Below, one piece after another: positions 23,006-35,272 of a DNA stretch of 64,000 bases. A model generated the notes under the pieces. It ran no database searches. It was not told the DNA's origin and saw only the letters and a list, made by a program, of their open reading frames with translations. The stretch is from Mytilus edulis (lineage: Eukaryota). How positions within the stretch are numbered: the first letter of the stretch is position 1; each line of letters begins with the position of its first letter. The stretch spans positions 63,438,924-63,502,923 of the forward strand of contig NC_092349.1 in NCBI RefSeq assembly GCF_963676685.1, in the 5' to 3' direction. The translations under genes and the position numbers were made by a program.

Positions 23006-23774
23006 ATGTATCCGAGTCAGAGACACCTCTTGATGCAAACGTTCCGAGAGGCCACGAGGAGACCCTTCGGATACCTTGTGGTGGATCTGAAGGCCGCTAC
23101 ACCCGAACACTTGAGATTACGTAGCGACGTCTTGGGCGGAGGCGAGGACGACGCCGAAGCCGAGGACGAAGACGTCGATTCCACCGGAAGCGAATCGAAC
23201 ACCATGGAATTCGAGGAAGAAGACGTCGGAAGCGAATCGGACCTGATGGCTTGCCGCGCATGCGGACTGGTATTTGCGCACGTCCGGGGACTTGAGATCC
23301 ATCAAGAGAGGGACTGTGGCGAAGAACCATCCGCCAAACGATGCAGAACGGAAGACGACGGCCTGGAGGGAACCTTCGGATACGAACTGGAGTGTTGTGT
23401 CGATGAACTGCCGGATGAAGTCTCGAACAGGCCCCCGCAGTTTCGTCGTCAACACGGACGACTGCGACGGCAAGGGCATTCACTGGGTGGCGTTCCACTT
23501 CCCGCGAGAGGGACCCGTCGAATTTTTCGATTCGTTCGGACGTTCTCCGGAGTATTACCTTCGTCGCTTCAGGAACGTGCTCATCGCCAATGGACCTCAA
23601 TACAGATTCAGTACGACTCAAGTACAACCGGGATCATCCGATACATGCGGACTCTATTGTGTACATTTTGTGAAGATGAGATATAGAAACATTAGCATGG
23701 AAGACATTGTGAAAGATTTTTCGTCTAGAGACTCGATGAGTAACGACGACAAACTGCTTGCATTGTACGAATGA
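23006..23774 (+). pseudogene. Second copy of the adenain-like protease gene (right arm), with acidic N-terminus and C2HC finger; frame broken by +1 C in a C-run (23432-23436)
   Basis: Frame A from ATG 23006 reads MYPSQ...GGGEDDAEAEDEDVDSTGSESNTMEFEEEDVGSESDLMACRACGLVFAHVRGLEIHQERDCGEEPSAKRCRTEDDGLEGTFGYELECCVDELPDEVSNRP. The protease domain RSFVVNTDDCDGKGIHWVAFHF...CGLYCVHFVKM...LALYE then continues in the +1 frame to the stop at 23774. The left copy has gcccc where the right has gccccc. Confidence 0.6.
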
Positions 23775-24034
23775 ATGTAATAAATATAAATGAAACTGAC
23801 ATCTGCGTTGGTATTTTTTCTATTTGCCCCGAACACGATACGATTAATCGGTGATTGATGTTCACATCATGAAGAGTGGCTTCCCTTTTTTGTATCACAG
23901 TTCCTCGATACGATCACGTGACCTTGCCTCGTTGAATTGTCACTCCACGAGAGATATATATACAGAGTTGCTTCCCTTGTTTTGTACCAGAGTTAACGTT
24001 CCTCGATACGATCACGTGACCTGCTGTCCATGAC

Positions 24035-24360
24035 CCATATATGGTCATATATGTTTATTTTGATTTTGGAGTGAAAATTAATGTTTTTTTTCCAAATTTG
24101 GTCATCATTTCCATATATGATCATAGGGTATCTGGTCGGTTTCCATATATGGTTATGTATTTTATTTTGATTTTTCAACGGAAATAAGGTTTTTACCAAA
24201 TTTGGTCATGATTTCCATATATGGTCATAGGTTGTTTTGTCGATTTCCATATATGGTCATGTATGTTTATTTTGAGTGAAAATAAGGTTCTTAACAAATT
24301 TGGTCATAATTTCCATATATGGTCATAGGGTATTGTGGTCGTTTTCCATATATGGAATTC
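24035..24360. repeat. Mirror copy of the CArG-box tandem repeats (right arm)
   Basis: This is the reverse complement of 21752-22078 (tttccatatatggtcat... units). Confidence 0.8.
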
Positions 24361-25769
24361 ATCATATGGTGGTCCAAGAGTCATAATCCGACATCTGGTG
24401 CTTCCGTTTTGATATATAGCCCTTCATACTAGAATTGGTAAAGATCTACGTGAGTCATACTGTTCATATGACGTCAGCGCCTTAGCGCCTTGCGTTTTTT
24501 GCGGTTGCATAAAACAATACTTTCGTTCCGTCCTTGTCATTGGTTGATTCGATACATGTCCGTATATGGATATCACCCTTCCGTTTTTGAATCATCCCCG
24601 ATCAACATGAGTCACGTCTGACCAGTCATATTGTAACGTTCTTACCTTATTTGTGGATATGAGTCCTTCCAACTGAGCGTAATTACGAACGATGGACTTA
24701 TGAGTCATATTGTGTCGTCCTAGTCAGCTGACCATATTTGGTCAACCGGAGGGGACGTTTCGATAAAGGGGCGGGGCTTGGCCATATTTGGCTGCGCCCT
24801 CTCGCCCTGCGTTTTTGGGGTGCCTAAAACTGAACCGTCTCTACTACTGTTCGGTCTAATATCGTAAAACGTCTATGCAATTTTTACACTCTTTCAGTGT
24901 TTAATTGAAACAAAGAAATGTCCAAACAAAACCCGGAATGTTCTAGCCCTAATGAAGAGTGGCAATTTTCCTAAGCAGAAAGATTTCTTTTCTTGTGGTG
25001 CAATGATTTGCCTATACAGCAAAATTGGTAAGATATTAGTCTTGTATCTATTGTCCACACAACGCACGATTCCTAGCAAGAATGATCAATGTTTCAATGT
25101 CAGTGTCATGCTCTGAGTCAATTTAACTTTTAACCCAATTTGCTTGTCCTTGGTGTGCACATGATTTTTTTTTCGGTTTATAATTCCCTGCTAGGTTCAG
25201 CCTCGTTTTGGATAAAATTATCCGTCTGATCAACAATGTCGTGAAATGTTTACACTATTTACTGGCTTTGTAATAACACGAGCAACACGACAGGTGCTAC
25301 ATGAGGAGTAGGATATGCTTACCTTTCTGATCACCTGAAATCACTCCTAGTTTTGGATGGGGTTCGTGTTCTTGTACCCCTATTTGTGACATTTTGTCCA
25401 CCCATCATTGTCAATAAAATGGAATTTGATGCAACTGTCGTACAAGTGAGAAGTTTACCGCTATAAAACTATATGTTCAATCCACCATTTTCTACATTTG
25501 AAAATGCCTGTACCAAGTCAGGAATATGACAGTTGTTGATCACTCGTTTGATGTGTTTTATCATTTGATTTTGCCATTTGATTAGGGACTTTCCGTTTTG
25601 AATTTTCCTCAGAGTTCAGTATTTGATTTTTGTCGAGCCTGCAACTTTTGTTGCAGGAAGCTCGACATAGGGATTGTGATCCGGCGACGGCGGCGTTAGC
25701 TAACTTCTTGAATGCTTCATACTTAGTATATGGATGCCTCATGTTACGAAGTTTCCTTCAGTCACATGT

Positions 25770-26870
25770 CCAATGTCCTTGACCTCATTTTCATGGTTCA
25801 GTGACTACTTGAAAAAAGGTTAAGATTTTTTTGTAATGTTAAATTCTCTCTTATTATGAGTAATAGGATAACTATATTTGGTATGTGCGTACCTTGCAAG
25901 TTCCTCATGCCCGTCAAACAGTTTTCACTTGACCTCGACCTCATTTTATGGGTCAGTGAACAAGGTTAAGTTTTGGTGGTCAAGTCCATATCTCAGATAC
26001 TATAAGGACTGTAAGGTGTTCATGTCCAACTGGCAGGTGTCATCTAAATTAATCTTGACCTCATTTTCATTGTTCAGTGATTATAGTTAAGTGTGTTTTG
26101 TTTTGATCTGTTTTTCTTATACTGTATGCAATAGGTCTACTATATTTGGTGTATGGAATGATTGAAAGGTGTACATGTTTAGCTGGCAGGTGTCAGCTGA
26201 CCTTGACCTCATTTTTATGGTTCAGTTGTCTTTGAGTTTGGATCTTTTTCTCTAATACTTATTGCAATAGGTCAACTATATTTGGTGTATGGAAATATTT
26301 TATGATCTATTTGTCAGCCGCATAGGTTTTATTTGACCTTGACCTCATTTTCACGGTTCATTGCTCAGTGTTAAGTTTTAGTGTTTTGGTCTGTTTTTCT
26401 TAAACTATATGCAATAGGTCAACTATATTTGTTTTATGGAAGAATTGTTAGCTGTACATGTCTGCCTCATATGTAAATATAAAAAAGAAGATGTGGTATG
26501 ATTGCCAATGAGACAACTATCCACAAAAGATCAAAATGACACATGGTTCATCTGATAACAACATCATGGACTTCTGTTAAATCATTGAAGTCGCATGTTG
26601 GACGTTAAAAGCACTTTGATAGAAGTTAAACCAAAGCGTTCCTTGAAACCAGATGGTTTTGTTCAAAACAATAAAGTTTTATTTGACCTTGACCTCATTT
26701 TCACGGTTCATTGCTCAGCGTTAAAGTTTAGTGTTTTGGTTTGTTTTTCTTAAACTATATGCAATAGGTCAACTATATTTGTTTTATGGAAGAATTGTTA
26801 GCTGTACATGCCTGCCTGATATGGTTCTTCTGACCTTGACCTCATTTTTATGGTACATTGGTCAATATTT
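25770..26870. repeat. Satellite-like family, ~150-bp units (..gaccttgacctcattttcacggttcattgctcagtgttaagttt...tatgcaataggtcaactatatttg..), x ~7; two near-identical copies at 26330-26470 and 26680-26820
   Basis: Direct reading. An inverted partial array of the same family is at 57940-58320. A SINE-like insertion sits at 26465-26660. Confidence 0.75.
26465..26660. mobile_element. SINE-like dispersed repeat (~190 bp; tail ...tgtgtcattttgatcttttgtggatagttgtctcattggcaatcataccacatcttctt in revcomp)
   Basis: The same tail is at 16560-16640(+), 40600-40700(+), 48990-49080(+) and 44575-44640(-). The head is shared with 20040-20190. Confidence 0.55.
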
Positions 26871-28905
26871 AGTTTTCTTGGTTAAGTTTATGTGACAGTT
26901 GTTATAAAGCTATAAATTTAGGACTATCAAAATAATATCAATGATTGTAAAGAAGGCAAGACATTTCAGCAACTGAGGAATTGACTAAAATTGTGTAAAT
27001 AATAATAACCAGGATATATAGCTTGGACAACTTATTAAAGCAATTGAACTCAAAGTAATTAGCCGTTGCAAAGTGTTGAAGAAGAGATAAATGTGAAAGA
27101 CAAAAATTGCAATTGCCGATGCCATAATACACTCACCTGCTCAAACAAATGATAAACTATTTTTGTATTTTGTAAATAATATGTAATGTATGGTCATTGA
27201 ATAACAATTCTATGGTGGTGTGTATCACTGCTTTTTAAAAACCAAAATCCATATATTATAAATTATTGTACAAGTTATTATAAGTTAATTTTCGTCAAAT
27301 ATTGTACAAATTGTATTTTTTACAGGCACTTTTTCAATTTGTGCAACTTACAACTTGTACATAGTCAAAATACAAATTATAATTTGTACATTTTTTTTGG
27401 TACAATATTTGACAATTTTAATTTGCACAAAATGATAAACTTGAATACAACATATATAAACGTTAACAATTAAATCTTCATGAAATAGTTATCAAAGAAA
27501 ATTATGCTTCGTTAGAATTTAACAATGACTTTTAGCATGTATTCTTTTTTTCTGTATCATCCAGATAACAAGACAAGAATAAAGAAATCAAAACATTGAC
27601 ATATCTAAAACGTTTGAGTAAACGACAATGCACTTAGGACATTTTGTTCATTTCTGTTGAGCAGCAGTTTTATTTCAGCTTTGATCAATCTTTTTTCAAT
27701 TAAATTGTAGCATGAAATTTTAGTACTTAATAGGAACATGATGTTGTTGATGTGTAGAACTAAATCATGCGCATTAACAATGTGTCAGATACGATATATT
27801 TAAGCACCCTAATATAAAAATAAGGGGATGGCGTATTATTGTCAACAATCCATCAGAGGTCAAATCAGGAATATATAGGCGTATAAATGCTGTACCCTTG
27901 AACCAGGAGAAAACAGTCATACCACACGAGACGAAAATCAGACACCAACGGTTTAATAGATAACAATACAATATACGAAAACAAATATGATGGACATGAC
28001 CATATGACAACCACTGAATCACAGGCTCCTAGCATGGACTAGACACATGAAGAATGAGGCAGAGCTTTCTTAATTCTTAGTTACTAGATCTCCAGCAAGG
28101 ATGCAATGAAAAATATATAAAAAAAAATCACATGATAGTCTTAACAAAATATGATGATTGGATATAATTGTTGATGAAACAACTATCTTAGTAACAAGCA
28201 ACAAATCTGTGATAATAAATTAATACATTCTTGAAATTATACACATCTACCATTGCAATCTTAACGCATTTCCACCAGGGCTGTCCAACACTTTGATTAA
28301 AATTTACCCTTTCGTGAATGATGTACGTGCATATGTGGGATTCACAGTTTTGCTGTGAATTCTGAGTATTTTAGTAGACTCTGCATATAAAACAATATAT
28401 AATTAGAGGCTTTTGATGCTGGAACATCAACATATTATCGATAAAGAAATGACAACTCATCAACAAACTCGGGCTTTTAGAAAAGTTAAGAAATCCGATT
28501 GTTCATTGCACGTTGTATATGTTTGATTACAGGACAGAATAAATCAGATCCATACAGATAAAGAGGACAGTTTGGTCAATCTGTCTCGTGCTTTATCCAT
28601 TTTCCTGCATTTTCCTCAGTAACCTACCACAGGCACTTGTTTCTGTCAATGTGGGGTTTACTATCCATACCAGTACAAAAAAACACAAGGTAGCTAACGG
28701 AAACTTTCAATGTGTTCGCTTCAACCAATATTTTTTTAATTTCCCTTGATTTTTTCACAAATAAAAGTACACCAGTCTGTCGGTAATTGATTTATCTTTA
28801 CAATGAAACAACTTTCACGTACCTTGAGAATACCCCTCAAACAGAATAACACACTTCAGATGAAAATTATTGACCTTTTTCCAGACCATTGAATTTGTAA
28901 GGACT

Positions 28906-29038
28906 TAACTTCCGGTTAACTAGGAAGTTAATATAACTGTGTAATCCCATTGGTCACATTTTTCTGGTTACTGGTAACTAGTATAAATAAACAGGTAACC
29001 AGATGAATTAAACCAATGGGATTGCACAGTTATATTAA
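28906..29038. mobile_element. Small hairpin/MITE-like element: 37-bp inverted repeat (2 mismatches) around a 57-bp core with its own palindrome ggttactggtaactag
   Basis: ttaactaggaagttaatataactgtgtaatcccattggt (28906-28944) pairs with accaatgggattgcacagttatattaacttcctaagtt (29002-29038). Confidence 0.5.
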
Positions 29039-31334
29039 CTTCCTAAGTTGGTCATTGTTCACGATGCCAATGTCTCCAGTAATACTATAAACAGCCGTCT
29101 GTATGTGTGCATGTATGGGACAACGAACAAAGAGCAATCGAGATATTTGGATTTTATCTCCTTCAGCTGACGGTTAATGCTCCTAAGCCCGATTGTGGTT
29201 CAATAGTAATCAAACTATTTTATATCTAAACTTCTGTTTATACACTCTTTGGATAAAAAAAAAAAGACATGCATATATGTGTATTTAATTATATTTTAGT
29301 CTGGCAGAACAGTGTCATGATCATACATGAATTAATTGGCTGTAATTTGAACTTAATATAACTTAGGTCAGGATCAGGTGATTCAGTTTTTGTTGTTGCA
29401 TGCTTGCTGTCTGTAATGCATGTTTTTCGTTCATTGTTTTGCTATAGATCATGTCATTGTTTATCTCAGTCTTCCTTTGAATTGTTTTAAATCAAATTTT
29501 GCCATGTACATGTAGTTGCTTTTCATACCCGACTATAATACGACTATTGTCTACCAATGTAGACTTACTTATCCGTCGAAATAGTACCCTCTCGTATCCC
29601 CACCACCTAAACAAAAAGGGGGCCTTCATAAACAACAATTGTTTTATTCAAAAGTCTACCTGTTTTTTGTTTTAATTTCGTTGACATTTATGTTAAGCTG
29701 AGATGATTATTGTGCGGGGGCTTATCACTAGTGAGATGATAAAAACAAAAACAAAAAACTAGTGGGAACATGTCTTTTAACTGATATTCATTCGTCAATA
29801 GGTTATATTCATATGATTCAGTGCCCGTAAATATACCAGAATGAATAGATTTAAAAACAGGAAATGTAATTACTGTCTAGTCAATTAAGTTTGATGCTTA
29901 ATGTCACAGATAACCAGTCATTTCCTAGAATGTGAAATATTTCAGTCAAGACTAGGTCTTTCCATTTTTTATGTAGGTGTTTGATGTGTCTTTTTTATGT
30001 CTAGACCTTTTACTCACACTTTGTAATATGATTAAGTCATGTATATACCTCAAACAAGCTTCAAAGTATCCTTTCGATCTCTATTTCTCTGTATTCACTT
30101 TCGTGAAACAAAAATGCAAGACTATATCTTTTTGGAAAAATGCATTTAATATATTAATATATATATTTCGCTTTTGCAGACAGGTTATACTAAAAACATA
30201 TGAATAAATTAATTTGATCGTGAAATAGTCATAAATTCTCGACCTGGTCATCGTTAATATATATAAATTAGTGACAAAATAATCATTATGATATATCAAT
30301 GAGGTATTTATTGTGTTAAATTAACATATGAAGGCAACACGATCTGACCAATTTTTACGGTTAACTGAACGAGACATTATATTTCATTGTGCTAGTTTTC
30401 TTACTCTCCAAAAAGAAAACGCCACAATTCTTACTTGGAAATGTTAACCTTTTGAGTTTTTGTTAAAAGGAAAATTGATGATTATAATAATATTAAAAAC
30501 CTATTATTCTTCGAAAGGTAAGTGAAATGAAGACTTGTATTTTTTACATTTTACAGCTTTTTTTCTAAAAAAAAAAACCCACTTGCATGTACTTCTTTTT
30601 GCATTGAAACTTTGAATTAATTCGAATAAAATTCGATTAAATTGACACTATTTCATAGTGTATTAGGTGTAATTCTTGAAAGAATAAGTGTAATTTTAAA
30701 CCATTTAATTCTTCTCTGAAAGTCGGCATAATGTTTATAATTTTATTTAAATTAAATCATCAAAACTGAAATTTTTGGTACAAATACGTGTCCCAGAGAA
30801 CATGCGACTTTTAAAATTGAGAATGTTTCTGATCTACGGCATGGTCAAAATTATGAGTCAACAAATGTAACAAGACGAGATCAAAACCATAAAAATGCTT
30901 TTAACGTAACATAATGTCACAAATCTACATTTTATTGTCAGACAATACACAAATAAAAAAAAAACGTGTTGCAAATTAATTGTTTTATTGCCATATATGA
31001 GGGTCCGAATGGGGGTTCTTTCCTATCTGTATTCTTTAATTTCTCAAGTCATTGGTATATGTTCTTTAATTTGTTGGTGCATTTTCCTTATTAATCGACA
31101 TTTGAACACCCCATTATTCTTTATTCTCATATTTGTTTTTACTTATTTTATCAATTCATTACGTTTTAATTCTTCATTATTTATTTCTTGCTCATTTAGT
31201 CATTATTTACTTTTCTGAAAATCCCATCCAGACACTCATATATTTTGTCAAATCGAATCACTCTGACCACCTTAGATAACCTTTATAAATAATTTGTTTA
31301 TAACCGAAAAACTTTTTTTGTTTGCAGAGCCAAG

Positions 31335-31392
31335 ATGTTGTTTACTTTCTTATATATTGTCTCTTCTGTGGTTATATTCAACAAAGCACAAG
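31335..31392 (+). CDS. Secreted VWA + chitin-binding protein, exon 1 (signal peptide)
   Basis: ATG at 31335 opens the hydrophobic signal-peptide-like MLFTFLYIVSSVVIFNKAQ, followed by a consensus donor GTAAGT at 31393. Immediately 5' is tttgtttgcag|agccaag, so an upstream non-coding exon is possible. Confidence 0.7.
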
Positions 31393-32711
31393 GTAAGTTC
31401 TTTTTATTGGTTATCTTTAAACGTAATTGCTTACATAACAACCAAACATAATTAATAGAAAAAAATCAATATAGTGGTCTGAACAAACGTATTAGAAAAT
31501 TAACTTAGAAACCTGCAGAACGTTCTATTTTGCCGAGAGTCAAATTATAATTCTCCTCTTTGAATGTTTTATTATTTATTTTTTTTTACATTCAGTGAAA
31601 ATTCAAATTTACTGAAAAGTTTGAAAAACATATTAAATAAGAAGCATTTGTGTAATCTTTTACTACAATGTCATGAATAGTTGGTATATAATATTCATAT
31701 ACGAAAACTTTTAACGCCGCCCTAATCATGATGGCTCATGTACAAAATAAACCAGATAAATGCATGGACATTTGACGACAGTTTTGAAGGCAATTTTGAT
31801 TATAAATAATAGATATAAACAACTGGTCGGCATAATCATAAGTCAATCAAGAACATGATATCACAAAGAAAAAGTTTTCCATTGAGACAAAAACACAACA
31901 ACACGATGATGTCATTTAACAGAGTAAATAGAAGATGTATAATTAGATAACCCTGTCCTACGCCAATTCATTTTGTAACTGTATAGTACAATGCTCTATA
32001 GTATACTCAATATTGGATATTGGAATTTTTAAAGACTGGAGGAAAATACCAAAGGGATATTTAAACTCATAAGTCGAAAATGAACTATAGCAATGACGTA
32101 CATGGCAAGACAAAACGACTAAAAAAAATCAAAAAGAAAATCTACAAAACAAAACAGAGAAAACCAAAAACTGAGTCACACGGATCCAACTAAAAACCGG
32201 GATGATCTCAAGTGCTCCGGATGGGTAAGCAGATCCTGCTCCACATGTTGGTCATGCAAGTACGAACCCGGTTATAAGTCTTATTCAGCTGGTCACATTC
32301 AAGGAACAGAGGACGGGATTGACATTACGACATGTTTTAGAGCACACCCCTCGTCACTATTTTGGGTGATAAAGCATCAATGAGTTTAAAATTTCAAATT
32401 GTCAAAATTCGTCGTTTTAGTTCATGAACAGAAAAATACAATAAGAGAATATGCAAATTCATCAAAGGAAAATTTAGTATAAGTTTCTCAGTAAATCAAG
32501 GATGTATGCGATGAGCTGTTTGTAACCAAAAGGGACATTAAAAGATTATACAAGCCGACGTTTCTCAATCGTTTCAAAATTTATCTAAAGAAAATGTAAG
32601 ATATATAGGATTGTTAGGAATCATGTCAGTATCGAAGGTAAAAGTATCCTCTCTAGAAGTCTGTTTAATTTTCGTATTAATTAACATCTATACTGATATT
32701 TCTATTTTTAG

Positions 32712-33308
32712 GCGATTGTGGAGGGAAGTCAGATATAATATTTGCTATTCCTGGGAACGCAGACATTCCGGGGGAAGAATTCTTTCCGTTTGAACGATTT
32801 TTAACCATGCTTACAGATTATTTTCAAATCGACAGAGATAATGTAAATGTTGGTCTGATATTATACGGTAGAGAAGCTGTTGCAATCAGTTGGCCGCAAC
32901 CAATGAAGGACCAAACACAAACGAATACCAGAATAAGCCTTCTTGCGCAAAGAGAATTATACAATGGAAAACTAAAAGGAGCAGCAGATGTCAAAGCGGC
33001 ACTTTACTTAATGCGACAAATGTTCAGAAATCCATCCGGTTATCCTCTGGTACTACCTAGACCCGACACCAAACAAATTGGAGTAATGTTCACCTATGGC
33101 TCAGTTCAGGCAGATATGATCCCCGATGTCATTGCAGCTACAAAACAGTTTAAGGAAGCTGGAATCGACATGTATTCAGTTGGACGGATGCCAAATGGTG
33201 AATGGTTTCCTGAGATAGCCTCTCATAAATGTAATGTTTTCTCAATGGAAAGTTACTCGGAAGGTCTAAGAGGTCTTCTCCCTTATATCGGGAGCAGTAT
33301 ATGCACAG
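32712..33308 (+). CDS. Secreted VWA + chitin-binding protein, exon 2 (von Willebrand factor type A domain)
   Basis: The acceptor is ctatttttag. The exon joins exon 1 in phase 1 (g+gc = G). Translation GDCGGKSDIIFAIPGNADIPGEEFFPFERFLTMLTDYFQIDRDNVNVGLILYGREAVAISW...KQIGVMFTYGSVQADMIPDVIAATKQFKEAGIDMYSVGRMPNGEW has VWA-domain spacing (DIIF..G / VGLILYG / TYGS..D / GIDMYSVG). The donor is cag|GTTAGT at 33309. Confidence 0.75.
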
Positions 33309-33704
33309 GTTAGTTTATTTTTGCATGTATTTTAAATCGATTTTTTATATTAAAAAAAAAATAGACACACATCCTTGTTTTTGTTTTTTGCTATGAATCG
33401 GTACTGTTAATTTTGTTTCGTTGATCATCATCGGAACTTCAATCTGATTTATACATTTTGTGTTTCTTGTTTTCTTTTGTATCCAAATACTTCTTGTAGA
33501 ATTGTATATTTTATAATTGTTTCAAAAAGAAAATTCAGAATAAACAAACAAACTGATATTTGTTCAAAATTTTATATTTTATTTATATACCATGTGTCAT
33601 ATACAAATAGAAAATATGATAAAAAGTAAATCAATAGTCTACAAGACACTACAGACACCCAAAGACATAGCAAGACGAACTCCACCAAAAACTGAGACTG
33701 ACAG

Positions 33705-34978
33705 GGGCGGATCCAGAACCTTGATGTCTGGGGGGGGGGGGGGGGCACCATGAAACCAAAATTTTAGATTTTTTAGAGATGTTTATAAATACGGTATATG
33801 CGAGTGTGAGTGTTTTGTTTTTTGGTTGTTGTTTTTTAAAGGGGGGGGGGGGGGGGGGGTCAGATCATCGTTTCTATATTTTTATTTTTCTAGATTTTTT
33901 TTATTGTTTTTACTATTTCACTTTATACTTTCTTTTCCTGCCAATTGATCGGTTATTATATTTGTCCTCAACATGCATCAAATATTTGCCACTGGACGTT
34001 AAACAACATACAATCAATCAATATTTTCTTCATCACCTCTATATTTTTTTTTGGCCTTGCTTCCAGACTTACTTTTTTGTACATTATTCTAATATCTGTA
34101 AAACACTTTCATATCCTTACAAATGGTGACCTTTTTAGCCTCATACATGTACATGGCAATTGAAACAATAAAAATAAACAAATATAAATGTATGCTCGGG
34201 CATTTAAAGAAATGATTAAGTCCCAGATTCAGTTACAAAATAGATCTTAGGAAAATAATTTAGCATTTTATTAATGATTTTTTTATAAGAAAATGTCAAT
34301 TAATCATGTTTTTTCCTAGACCGGTGAACAAAAGGGGGTTTGACAAATTGTCGATTTCCCTTGAAAATAAGAGGGAAGTAAATAGGACATTCCATTCCAT
34401 TTAAAAAACAAAAGTGTATGGTATTAAAAAAAATGATTTGATTTGTTGCTGAATAAATTCACAAAAAGACCGTTTTGAAGAGAGAAAAAACATAAATTCT
34501 AAATAGAATGGTAATGTGAGTACTGTATTTTGGAATGGAGAGAAACTAAGAACCTAAATATAGATGTATACCAACATTATCGACATAAACATATAATTTG
34601 TACCTATTCTTTAAAAACACAGATCAGAAGTTTCACCTGGTATTCGATTTTAATCTGTATTGTATTATAAACCAATAAAAATTCGTACAATTCCAATCAA
34701 CATGGAAATGTATTTTCCATAATTTAAGCTTGCAAAGAGAAATTAAAAACACACAAAGGTGTCAATATTTACACACCCATCGATAAGTTGTCATAAATCA
34801 CGCATGTGGACGCTGGCATTAATTAACGGCCAGTATAAGAAGTCAAATCAAGCTGTGAATCATTTCCGCTCTAGATATTAAGAAGATTCAGTAGCAATGA
34901 AATTATGTTAAAAACAAAATTTGGTGACCTGAACTGGGGGGGCACATGCCCCCTGTGCCCCCCCGGTAGATCCGCCAC
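33705..34978. mobile_element. Possible long (1.27-kb) member of the GGCGGATCC-TIR family: left end caggggcggatccagaacc...(G)20, right end ...ccccccc ggtagatccgccactgg; internal poly-G tracts at 33727-33746 and 33838-33860
   Basis: Both termini resemble the MITE-family ends in inverted orientation. The interior has no recognisable ORF (ORF 33779-34129 is low-complexity). Confidence 0.35.
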
Positions 34979-35227
34979 TGGACTGATCTCCGTAAGGATA
35001 GACAGTACCTGCTTAACATATGGCACCAGTCGTTTTGCTCAAAGTAAATTAACGAAACACATACATATCTAGAGTAAGCGTTCTTTACATAGGACAAGTA
35101 CTCTCCTATGTGTCAGATTGTAAAAAAAAAAAGAAGACTGAATTGCATACTAGTACATGTATGATTTAAATTGTTAAATGTGTCTTAATTTGAGTACATT
35201 TATTAACATAAATTGTTTTCTTTTCAG

Positions 35228-35272
35228 CAATAGAAGATGTTGTAAATGTCACAGCTGATAATTGTTTTCCAA
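35228..35272 (+). CDS. Secreted VWA + chitin-binding protein, exon 3 (45-nt linker exon)
   Basis: The acceptor is tttcttttcag and the donor GTAAGT (35273-35278). In-frame translation (g+ca) is AIEDVVNVTADNCFP, keeping phase into exon 4. Support is splice consensus and frame compatibility only. Confidence 0.55.

Larger units (their letters stand above)
21261..24850. repeat. Large near-perfect palindrome: arms 21261-22841 and 23289-24850 (~1.58 kb, ~96-98% identical, small indels), unique centre 22842-23288
   Basis: Outer ends: agtagtagagacggtttagttttaggcacccc (21261-) is the revcomp of ggggtgcctaaaactgaaccgtctctactact (-24850). Inner ends: gatctcaagtc (22831-22841) versus gacttgagatc (23289-23299). 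Duplicated ORFs sit on opposite strands (22264-22446(+)/23654-23836(-), 21938-22249(-)/23851-24033(+), the protease ORFs). Confidence 0.85.

Noticed and set aside
22799-23686. 295-aa ORF (longest in the track), plus overlapping ORFs 22427-22945(-), 22473-22895(+), 23097-23627(-) and 23117-23479(-)
   Set aside because: These read antisense or out-of-frame through the GC-rich palindrome, where stop codons are rare. Only the protease frame has recognisable homology. The 295-aa ORF fuses the antisense of the left copy to the N-terminus of the right copy across the centre.
25611-25650. Nested hairpin gtcgagcctgcaacttttgttgcaggaagctcgac as a Helitron 3' end
   Set aside because: The hairpin is real, but it is not followed by CTRR, and no 5' TC terminus could be assigned. 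It is treated as the end of a dispersed repeat copy only.
33779-34129. 116-aa ORF starting next to G-homopolymers
   Set aside because: It is a low-complexity (poly-G derived GGGGG, F/Y/L-rich) translation inside a putative MITE-family member, with no coding signal.
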